Shown: positions 24,438 through 31,496 of the stretch, piece after piece
Layout of the letters: the number at the start of each line of letters is the position of its first letter
How positions within the stretch are numbered: position 1 is the first letter of the stretch
NCBI RefSeq assembly: GCF_000146505.1
Contig: NC_017448.1
Coordinates: 960,001 to 992,000, forward strand
DNA length: 32,000 nucleotides
Source: Fibrobacter succinogenes subsp. succinogenes S85
Lineage (GTDB): Bacteria; Fibrobacterota; Fibrobacteria; Fibrobacterales; Fibrobacteraceae
Direction: 5' to 3'
Notes under the pieces: generated by a model
What the model was told of the DNA's origin: nothing
The model's database searches: none
What the model saw: the letters and a program-made list of their open reading frames with translations, nothing else
Program-made: the position numbers and the translations under genes

Positions 24438-25133
24438 ATGACGTTTAAGAAATCCGTTCTTTCCATTGGATTTGCAATCTGCATGCTCACCGGGTGTGCA
24501 GATTCTTATCATTGGACAACTAGCCACCCTTCGTACCATAAGGCTCCTTATGGCGGTATTGCGGTGACGGGTATCGAGAACGCATTTGTCATCACGCGCT
24601 CCAACTGGTTTGCCAAGCGCCTCGAAATAGGCACAGACAGCATCCAGATCAAGGGAACGCTCCACTGCCGTAACACTTTCGAAACAGAAATGCGCAAGGC
24701 GTACGGGAACCTCATTGTCCTTCCCGATTCCGCCAACACCAAGTTCCCCGAAGAAAGCCTAAAGCTTGACGAACGCATATTCATCAAGGGGCATATTCCG
24801 GAACAGGGCATTACACTCAAGGATTCGGCAGGAAACGTTCCTCCCGTAGTCCTCATCCTGCACGAATTCATCATCGGCACGGACCTGAAGCGCGAAAACT
24901 TCTTTGACTACGCGCTCATCCATAACGAGAGCGGTAGCATCCGCAAGCCGGACAACGTCAGCGCCATTTTCTCGTACACGCTCTGGGATAATCTCAAGCA
25001 GCGTCCGCTTTTTAGCGCCGTTGACGAAATCCAGCAGCCCATCACGACGTACAAGCTTTCGAACTTGACAAATCTCATCCAGCTCGCCGTCCAGAAAATC
25101 CGCAAGAATCTATACGAAGGAGTCATCAAATGA
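24438..25133 (+). CDS. Hypothetical lipoprotein
   Basis: Lipobox FAICMLTGC-ADS. No recognisable catalytic motif. The stop overlaps the next start (ATGA at 25130-25133). Confidence 0.6.
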   Translation: MTFKKSVLSIGFAICMLTGCADSYHWTTSHPSYHKAPYGGIAVTGIENAFVITRSNWFAKRLEIGTDSIQIKGTLHCRNTFETEMRKAYGNLIVLPDSANTKFPEESLKLDERIFIKGHIPEQGITLKDSAGNVPPVVLILHEFIIGTDLKRENFFDYALIHNESGSIRKPDNVSAIFSYTLWDNLKQRPLFSAVDEIQQPITTYKLSNLTNLIQLAVQKIRKNLYEGVIK

Positions 25134-26386
25134 AAAAACTCCTCGCGATTATAATGTTTCTTGTGGCATGGGCTAGCGCAGCCGATGTTTACTTTGATTC
25201 GCGCTTTACGCTCTGGAAAGATGCGACCATCTTGATTTGGACTCTTAATGGAGAATCCCCCATCAGCGCCAATGAATTTTGCCTTTCGCTCCGCCGTTTC
25301 AACACAGGCATCGGCGAGCCCAAATGCCGCGAACTCGGTGAATGGGAACGCGACACCATCGCCACTCGCTATGGTACTTGGCTTTCAAACAATCTTGAAA
25401 AGGGATTGCCATCCAGTTATTTGCGAGCAAGGCATCCCGGCATGGCAGCAAAGATCCAGGCACTCGAAGACAACATCGTCCTCTTCCTTGCGCCTCAGGG
25501 GAAGTTCATTCAAGTAGCCGTCTTTGACGAAACAACTCAAGAACCTAAAGCAGCGGGCATCGTAAAGGCAAACACCGACAAAGTCGCCCTCAGCGACGAA
25601 ATTGCCTCTGCATTCTTCGACAAGCGCACCAAGCGCCGCCTCACTAAAGAAGAACGCCTCAAGCAGCAAACCGAACCGGATGACCTCTACAAAGAAGTCC
25701 CGAATCTGAATGTCTGGGCTGGCATTGGCATCGGTTACTCGCAGGCACACTTTCCGCTCACTCCAGACAACTGGACCAGCAGCCACACCAGAAGCCGCGT
25801 CAAGAACTACCGCGCCACCAAGGATTCCGTAAGTCTTTGGAACTTTATCGATGATGCCGACCCGTTTCTCTCCCTTTATGCCGGTATCACATGGCATGGA
25901 TTTATCGGTGTGGAATTTATGTACCGCTATTCAAATCGCGACATGAAGACTGACAACTCGGATACGGTCTACCGTGAACTTGACCATTGGGATTTTGGAC
26001 AACATGATATTGGCCTCAATGTACTCCTGTCCATGACATACCCAATCACACCATGGCTAGACATTACACCGCTATTTTTCCTCGGGTTCCAATACACATT
26101 CTACGTTGAAAATATTGAGCTTAAAAGCGATGTCAAAAAGCCCTCAAGATCTTACCAGTACCGCATCAAATTTGAAGATGTCTACAAGGGCGCATTACTT
26201 GGCATTGGAGGACAGTTCGTATTCAAGAAGCATTACGGTCTTGATTTACGAGCCGGAATTTCAAGCCGCGGCAGGGACATTTACGAAGCCCCCTCGCCCG
26301 ATGCAGGCGCCGCCCCCACAACCATCGGAAAATCGACCATTGATTGCTTCGTAAGCCTCGGGTTTGAATACCACTGGACGCTATAA
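25130..26386 (+). CDS. Hypothetical secreted protein with putative outer-membrane beta-barrel C-terminal half
   Basis: Signal peptide MKKLLAIIMFLVAWASA. The C-terminal half has alternating aromatic/hydrophobic strands (WAGIGIGYS, LYAGITWHGFIGVEFMYRY, GLNVLLSMTY, FFLGFQYTFY, LGIGGQFVF, CFVSLGFEYHWTL). Confidence 0.6.
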   Translation: MKKLLAIIMFLVAWASAADVYFDSRFTLWKDATILIWTLNGESPISANEFCLSLRRFNTGIGEPKCRELGEWERDTIATRYGTWLSNNLEKGLPSSYLRARHPGMAAKIQALEDNIVLFLAPQGKFIQVAVFDETTQEPKAAGIVKANTDKVALSDEIASAFFDKRTKRRLTKEERLKQQTEPDDLYKEVPNLNVWAGIGIGYSQAHFPLTPDNWTSSHTRSRVKNYRATKDSVSLWNFIDDADPFLSLYAGITWHGFIGVEFMYRYSNRDMKTDNSDTVYRELDHWDFGQHDIGLNVLLSMTYPITPWLDITPLFFLGFQYTFYVENIELKSDVKKPSRSYQYRIKFEDVYKGALLGIGGQFVFKKHYGLDLRAGISSRGRDIYEAPSPDAGAAPTTIGKSTIDCFVSLGFEYHWTL

Positions 26387-26403
26387 CCCCCTGCTTTTTC
26401 ACA

Positions 26404-26427
26404 CCTCTCGTCTCTCGTCTCTCGTCT
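26404..26427. repeat. Tandem heptamer repeat (TCTCGTC x3)
   Basis: cc-TCTCGTC-TCTCGTC-TCTCGTC-t, 17 nt after the stop of 25130..26386. Confidence 0.85.
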
Positions 26428-26433
26428 ATTTTC

Positions 26434-26441
26434 TAAATTTG
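26434..26441 (+). promoter_or_regulatory. Candidate -7 promoter box TAAATTTG (distal, helicase gene)
   Basis: It is part of a 12-nt direct repeat CTAAATTTGCGC (26433-26444 and 26517-28) and overlaps an imperfect hairpin at 26433-26461. Confidence 0.35.
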
Positions 26442-26517
26442 CGCCCCTTGGGCGCATTTAGCTCGGCTCGACCATGTCAAAACAACAAGTTGTTTTGCCG
26501 CGGCGCTCGCCTTTTGC

Positions 26518-26525
26518 TAAATTTG
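26518..26525 (+). promoter_or_regulatory. Candidate -7 promoter box TAAATTTG (proximal, 8 nt upstream of the ATG at 26534)
   Basis: TAAATTTG-cgctcact-ATG. Confidence 0.35.
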
Positions 26526-26533
26526 CGCTCACT

Positions 26534-27925
26534 ATGAGTGACGAAATTAAAGAAGAAACGAAAGAAAGAGTAAATCCGTTTTTAACGCCTGTCAAAATTA
26601 TCGAGCCCAAGAACAAGCTCCCCGATTATACGTTTGATATGCTTCCCGAAGAACAGAAGGCTATTCTCCGGGAACACGGCTGGACCGAACTGATGCCTGT
26701 CCAGCGCAAATCCATCCCTTACATGCTTGCCGCCCGCGATATGCTCGTGCAATCGAAGACGGGTTCGGGCAAGACGGGCGCATACGCCCTCCCGCTTTTG
26801 CAGGTCATTGTCCGTGACCATCCGTATCCGCAGGCACTTATCCTCGTGCCGACGCGAGAACTCTGCATCCAGGTGCAAGAAGAATTTGAAAAGCTCTCAA
26901 AGGGTACGGGCATCAAGTCTGTCGCCATCTTTGGTGGCGTAAGCTACGAACCGCAAATCAAGGCGCTCCGTTCCGGCGTACATGTCATTGTCGCTACTCC
27001 GGGCCGCCTTATGGACCATATCCAGCGCGGTAACGTAGACTTGCTTTCCATTCGCGACCTCGTCCTTGACGAAGCCGACGAAATGCTCTCAATGGGTTTC
27101 TACCCCGACATGCAGAAGATCCGCAAGTACTTGCCGAAGGCCATCTCCTGCACAATGTACAGCGCCACGATTCCGCAGACAGTTAAGAGCCTTGCCCGCG
27201 AATTCCAGCGCCCGGGTGCCGATTTCCTTTCGCTCAGCTACGACAAGGTCATCGCAAACAACCTCGAACACCGCTACTACACTTGCGACGTGATGGAAAA
27301 GGATTCCATGACCATCAAGGTTCTGGAATACTACAATCCTGAAAGTTGCATGATTTTCTGCAACTACAAGCGCGACGTGAGCTACCTCGAACAGGTGCTT
27401 TCCGGTTACGGTTTTGAAGTTGGCGCATTGAGTGGCGATGTGGCTCAGAGCCTCCGCGAAAAGACGCTCAACGCCTTCCGCGACAAGAAGCTCAAGATTC
27501 TCATCTGCACAGACGTTGCCGCCCGCGGTATCGACGTGGACCACGTGACGCACGTGATTGTCTATGACCACCCCGCCGACCACGAAGTCTATGTACACCG
27601 CAGCGGACGTACCGCTCGTGCAGGCCGCAGCGGTCTCTGCATATCGCTCATCACACCAGTCGAAGAAATCGATCTCCGCCAGACGGCAGTGGACTTCGGC
27701 ATCAACTTCATCAAGATGGATCCGCTAACAAACGAAGAAATTGCGAAGAAGGTGAGTGAACGTACCAAGGTCCGCCTCGAAGAAGTCCGCAAGCACTTCG
27801 GCGGTCAAAAAGCAACTGAACGCATCAGCCGCATGCTCCCGCTCGTAAAAGAACTTGCGAACGGCACCACCGACGACCAGATGCTACTTGCCTACCTGTT
27901 AGATAAATTTGCATGGAGGAAGTGA
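26534..27925 (+). CDS. DEAD-box ATP-dependent RNA helicase
   Basis: Motifs: Q (ELMPVQRKSIP), I (SKTGSGKTGAYALP), Ia (PTRELCIQV), II (VLDEADEML), III (SAT), V (ARGIDV), VI (HRSGRTARAG). The start is uncertain, at 26534 (MSDEIK...) or 26474. The 26474-26533 segment contains a 9+9 palindrome and a promoter-like box, so I favour 26534. Confidence 0.9.
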   Translation: MSDEIKEETKERVNPFLTPVKIIEPKNKLPDYTFDMLPEEQKAILREHGWTELMPVQRKSIPYMLAARDMLVQSKTGSGKTGAYALPLLQVIVRDHPYPQALILVPTRELCIQVQEEFEKLSKGTGIKSVAIFGGVSYEPQIKALRSGVHVIVATPGRLMDHIQRGNVDLLSIRDLVLDEADEMLSMGFYPDMQKIRKYLPKAISCTMYSATIPQTVKSLAREFQRPGADFLSLSYDKVIANNLEHRYYTCDVMEKDSMTIKVLEYYNPESCMIFCNYKRDVSYLEQVLSGYGFEVGALSGDVAQSLREKTLNAFRDKKLKILICTDVAARGIDVDHVTHVIVYDHPADHEVYVHRSGRTARAGRSGLCISLITPVEEIDLRQTAVDFGINFIKMDPLTNEEIAKKVSERTKVRLEEVRKHFGGQKATERISRMLPLVKELANGTTDDQMLLAYLLDKFAWRK

Positions 27926-27927
27926 TT

Positions 27928-27977
27928 TAGACGAAAGAACGCCTGCTGCGGCAGGCTATAGACGAAAGACGAGAGAT
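27928..27977. repeat. GACGARA-heptamer composite element flanking a small GC hairpin
   Basis: TAGACGAAAGAACG-CCTGCtgcgGCAGG-CTATAGACGAAAGACGAGAGAT, starting 3 nt after the helicase stop. The organisation is the same as at 28870-28914. Confidence 0.8.
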
Positions 27978-28041
27978 ATAATTTGGCGGCGCAGCCGCGA
28001 TTATAAAACTTCCTACCGCCTACTTCCTACTTCTAACTTTT

Positions 28042-28075
28042 AAACCTCAAAGCGAGCAACGCGAGCGACCTCAGA
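28042..28075. repeat. Intergenic repeat AAACCTCAAAGCG...AGCGACCTCAGA (copy B)
   Basis: It matches 20988-21013 (AAACCTCAAAGCGGAGCGACCTCAGA) except for a 9-nt insertion and one further position. It is preceded by the period-7 repeat CTTCCTA/CCGCCTA/CTTCCTA/CTTCTAA (28009-28036). Confidence 0.75.
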
Positions 28076-28110
28076 CCCCAAAGCGCGAAGCGCGAGCTCA
28101 AAACCTCACA

Positions 28111-28872
28111 ATGGCAAAAATCAAAGTAAAATCCGCAAAAGAAATCGAACTGATCCGCGATGCCGGCGCTCTCGCAGCCGAAACGCTGATCCGCGCGGGA
28201 GAAATGTGCAAGCCCGGCGTCTCCACGCTCGAAATCGATGAATTCATCGGCGACTACACTCGCCAGCACAAGGGCATCTCCGCCTGCATGGGCTATCACG
28301 GTTATCCGCGCTACGCCTGCATCAGCATCAACGAAGTTGTCTGCCACGGCATTCCGAACGCAAACACCATCCTCAAGGATGGCGACATCGTGAACATCGA
28401 TATCACCACAATCCTCTCCGGCTACCACGGCGATACCTCCGCCATGTTCTGCGTTGGTAAGGTCTCTGACATCGCACGCGAGCTCGTCGATACCGCCAAG
28501 TTCTGCATGGAAGAAGGCATCCGCGCTGCAGGTGAAAGAGGCGCCCATTGGAACGACATCGGCTGCGCCATTCAGGACATCGCCGACGAACACGGCTTTA
28601 GCGTTGTCGAAGACTACTGCGGTCACGGCATCGGCCGTGGATTCCACGAAGAACCGACCGTCTACCACTTCCGTAACTACGAACGTTGCCCGTTCATCGA
28701 AGTCGGTAACGTGTTCACCGTTGAACCGATGCTCAACGTCGGTCGCCCGGGAACAAAGACGCTCTCTGACGGCTGGACGGCAGTCACCCGCGACGGTTCT
28801 CTCAGCGCCCAGTGGGAACACACCGTCGTGAAGACCAAGGATGGCATCGACATCCTGACGCTTCCTAGATAG
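28111..28872 (+). CDS. map: Type I methionine aminopeptidase
   Basis: VCHGIPN, DIVNIDIT, GYHGDTS, GHGIGRGFHEEP, FTVEPM and QWEHTV carry the metal ligands. Confidence 0.95.
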   Translation: MAKIKVKSAKEIELIRDAGALAAETLIRAGEMCKPGVSTLEIDEFIGDYTRQHKGISACMGYHGYPRYACISINEVVCHGIPNANTILKDGDIVNIDITTILSGYHGDTSAMFCVGKVSDIARELVDTAKFCMEEGIRAAGERGAHWNDIGCAIQDIADEHGFSVVEDYCGHGIGRGFHEEPTVYHFRNYERCPFIEVGNVFTVEPMLNVGRPGTKTLSDGWTAVTRDGSLSAQWEHTVVKTKDGIDILTLPR

Positions 28873-28914
28873 ACGAAAGAACGGGCTTCGCCCTACAGAC
28901 TAAAGACGAAAGAA
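28870..28914. repeat. GACGARA-heptamer composite element (second copy), overlapping the map stop codon
   Basis: TAGACGAAAGAACG-GGGCttcGCCC-TACAGACTAAAGACGAAAGA. Confidence 0.8.
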
Positions 28915-28918
28915 ATGT

Positions 28919-28954
28919 AAAACGCCTCGAGCCATTCAACGCACGAGGCGTTTT
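28919..28954. terminator. Rho-independent terminator after map
   Basis: AAAACGCCTCG-(14-nt loop)-CGAGGCGTTTT. The stem is 11 bp including the A/T extension. Confidence 0.7.
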
Positions 28955-29029
28955 ACGTACAACATCTTTTGATGTAATGCTTTACAATAGTATTTTACTC
29001 TCCCCTATTTCCAAAATTTCAAAAAAGAA

Positions 29030-29037
29030 TAATTTTG
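29030..29037 (+). promoter_or_regulatory. Candidate -7 promoter box TAATTTTG, 5 nt upstream of the GH8 ATG
   Basis: TAATTTTG-ttgac-ATG(29043). Confidence 0.45.
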
Positions 29038-29042
29038 TTGAC

Positions 29043-30662
29043 ATGAAAACAACAAAACTTTCCGCATTCCCTCTCTCCTTGCTGTTCAGCGCAACATTGG
29101 CCACTGCAGCTGATTTCACAGGCAATTTCTTTGACGCTGATGGCGCTTACTACGGCCCGGACTGCGATAAAGAAAAAAACTATTCCGGCGCTTACTACAC
29201 CGGTAATTACGAAAGCCCGTTCAAGACAATCTTGGGCAAGACCGATGAAGAAATCCAGGAAAAAATGGATCAGTTGTGGAATCACTATTTTAAGGGTGAC
29301 AACAATTCCAAGGTCTATTACGACAAGGGTTCCGAAGCTTACATTCTCGACGTGAACAACAGAGACGTTCGTTCTGAAGGCATGTCTTACGGTATGATGA
29401 TTGCTGTGCAGACCGGCCACAAAGAAGAATTCGACAAGCTCTGGAACTGGGCCAAGAACCACATGTGGCACAAGGGCGGTGGCTGGGATGGCTACTTCGC
29501 TTGGCAGCGCAACGAAAGCGGCTCCGGTGGTGACGACAACTGCGCACCGGACGGCGAAATGTACTTTATGATGTCACTCCTCTTTGCAGCGAACCGCTGG
29601 AATGACAGCAAGTACATGGACGATGCCCAGTACATCTTGAAGAAGATGTGGGACAACGGCCAGCACAGCCTTTTCAACCCGCAACATTACGTCATCACAT
29701 TCCAGCCGCAGGGCAACGAAAACAACTTCTCCGACCCGTCTTACGACTTGCCGGCTTACGTTGATCTTTTCGCTCGCTGGTCCACCTCCAATCAGGATAA
29801 GTGGAGCAAGGCTGCAAAGGCAACGCGCGATCACTTGTACAAATCCTCCAACACAAAGTCCGGCTTGTTCTCGGATTACAACAACTTTGACGGTACTCCG
29901 CACGGCGTAAGCTATAACGGCAATGCTGAAAAGTACATGTACGACGCAATGCGCTGCGCAATGAACTTCGGTATGGACTATTACCTCTTCGGTGCTGATT
30001 CTGCTCGCCAAGAAGAAATGGCCCGCCGCATCATTGACTTCTTCGAAAAGGACAACTACAAGCATGCCCGTTTCAACTGGGACGGTTCCAATCCGCAGGA
30101 ACAGTACACGCTTGGCGAAACTGGCGCAAACGCCGTGGCAGCAATGGCCTTGATCAACGATTCGAAGTATAATGACGCCGTCAAGAAGAATCTCAAGATG
30201 GCTTGGGATGCAAACCTCATGACCGGTCAGTACCGCTACTACGATGGCCTCGTTCACTACCTCGCTATGCTCCACTTGAGCGGAACGTTCAAGATTTGGA
30301 AGCCGAAGCCAGAAGTTACGGAAAAGCAAGTCACCGCCAACGAACATAATGGTGTCAAGATTGAAAGCGACACAACTTTCTACTCCTTCGAATCTTGCAA
30401 GCTCTACAAGGTGAACGCCAAGCCGGAAACGAACGCCATTTCTGCGAAGGTCAAGTTGAACAACGCCGTGAGAGTCTGGTCCACCAACAGCGCCATCGTC
30501 ATTGAAAACGCTGCCGTCGGTACCAAGTTCGCCGTGACGGACGTGAATGGCCGCGTTCTCGCAAGCTCCAAGACTAGCTCCGCCATGCAGGAAGTCCGCA
30601 TCAACAGCAGAGGCAACTTCCTCGTCATTGTTGGCAACAAGACTTACAAGGTCGTGAAGTAA
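29043..30662 (+). CDS. Glycoside hydrolase family 8 enzyme (Rex-like exo-oligoxylanase or endoglucanase) with a C-terminal sorting-type beta domain
   Basis: I trimmed the track ORF 28977..30662 to the ATG at 29043 (signal peptide MKTTKLSAFPLSLLFSATLATAA). The GH8 catalytic region is DVRSEGMSYGMMIAVQ, followed by FAWQ and an (alpha/alpha)6-like repeat pattern. The last 70 or so aa (VRVWSTNSAIVIENAAVGTKFAVTDVNGRVLASS...GNFLVIVGNKTYKVVK) resemble a Por/T9SS-type C-terminal domain. Confidence 0.85.
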   Translation: MKTTKLSAFPLSLLFSATLATAADFTGNFFDADGAYYGPDCDKEKNYSGAYYTGNYESPFKTILGKTDEEIQEKMDQLWNHYFKGDNNSKVYYDKGSEAYILDVNNRDVRSEGMSYGMMIAVQTGHKEEFDKLWNWAKNHMWHKGGGWDGYFAWQRNESGSGGDDNCAPDGEMYFMMSLLFAANRWNDSKYMDDAQYILKKMWDNGQHSLFNPQHYVITFQPQGNENNFSDPSYDLPAYVDLFARWSTSNQDKWSKAAKATRDHLYKSSNTKSGLFSDYNNFDGTPHGVSYNGNAEKYMYDAMRCAMNFGMDYYLFGADSARQEEMARRIIDFFEKDNYKHARFNWDGSNPQEQYTLGETGANAVAAMALINDSKYNDAVKKNLKMAWDANLMTGQYRYYDGLVHYLAMLHLSGTFKIWKPKPEVTEKQVTANEHNGVKIESDTTFYSFESCKLYKVNAKPETNAISAKVKLNNAVRVWSTNSAIVIENAAVGTKFAVTDVNGRVLASSKTSSAMQEVRINSRGNFLVIVGNKTYKVVK

Positions 30663-30692
30663 AAGATTTGCGATTTCGCAGGACTTTAACAG

Positions 30693-30719
30693 GGCGTGCA
30701 GCAATGCACGCCTTTTTTT
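30693..30719 (+). terminator. Rho-independent terminator after the GH8 gene
   Basis: GGCGTGCA-gcaa-TGCACGCC followed by T7. Confidence 0.9.
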
Positions 30720-30835
30720 GTGCAAAAAACTTAAAATCCGACTATTTTTTGTCTTTTTCGCGAAAAATTATATATTACAACCATCAAGATACACGTCCCG
30801 AATTCAGAGTTCCTAAATCATAATCAGCAAGTACC

Positions 30836-31171
30836 ATGTCCTTTCTCAGCAACGCACGAGACAAAGCCATCGAGATGTTCTTCCGGCGCAACGATTTCAT
30901 CAACAGATTTGGCGAAATCCAGAACATCGAAATTGACTCGCAAGAAAACCAGGCAAACGTCACCATCCTATTGCACGGTGAGTTCATACCGACCACAATT
31001 TGCGCGCACTATTGCTTTGAAGATACGGACCAGGAGACATTGATTGTCATAAACAAAGTAGAATGCGAACGCACGATGATCCACGAACTCGTTTCATGGT
31101 GGATCAAGGACCACCCTATCAAAAAGGCACTCCCCAAGGGAACGGGCTTCTTTGCCAAAATCTTGTTCTAG
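30836..31171 (+). CDS. Small hypothetical protein (tandem paralog 1, 111 aa)
   Basis: It aligns with the next ORF: VTILLHGE / LTVLPHGE, ETLIVINKVECERTMIHELVSWWIK / ETEIFIQNIASDRLWVDEIVKMWLE, KALPKGTGFFAKILF / KIPQDLAGIIKMFLK. The overlapping minus-strand ORF 30784..30996 is rejected. Confidence 0.6.
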   Translation: MSFLSNARDKAIEMFFRRNDFINRFGEIQNIEIDSQENQANVTILLHGEFIPTTICAHYCFEDTDQETLIVINKVECERTMIHELVSWWIKDHPIKKALPKGTGFFAKILF

Positions 31172-31191
31172 CAGTCACAGAAGGAATTATC

Positions 31192-31479
31192 ATGGAAGAA
31201 CAGCTCCAGAAAGTACTAAACAACGTCTCTTTCAACGTGAATGCAGGCAAGCAGACAATGGACCTCACTGTCCTGCCCCATGGCGAAACAACACCGATTT
31301 CGTTCCATTTGAACTACAAGCTTGTTGAAAAGGGCGATGAAACGGAGATTTTTATCCAAAATATCGCATCAGATAGGCTTTGGGTGGATGAAATCGTTAA
31401 AATGTGGCTAGAAAAAAGTAGTTTTAATTATAAGATTCCCCAAGACCTCGCAGGAATTATTAAAATGTTCTTGAAATAG
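31192..31479 (+). CDS. Small hypothetical protein (tandem paralog 2, 95 aa)
   Basis: I trimmed the track ORF 31063..31479 to the ATG at 31192 (MEEQLQK...), 20 nt after the previous stop. See the paralogy described for 30836..31171. Confidence 0.6.
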   Translation: MEEQLQKVLNNVSFNVNAGKQTMDLTVLPHGETTPISFHLNYKLVEKGDETEIFIQNIASDRLWVDEIVKMWLEKSSFNYKIPQDLAGIIKMFLK

Positions 31480-31496
31480 GAGAAAAGGAGGCAGCT

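Noticed and set aside
22650-24665. Two long minus-strand ORFs (22650..23618 and 23625..24665) spanning purU, the membrane protein gene and pyrE
   Set aside because: They run antisense to three well-supported + strand genes, cross intergenic boundaries, and have no motifs. I treat them as shadow ORFs.
29574-30725. 383-aa ORF antisense to the GH8 gene
   Set aside because: It is a shadow ORF. The + strand encodes a signal peptide, GH8 catalytic motifs and a terminator in the right place.
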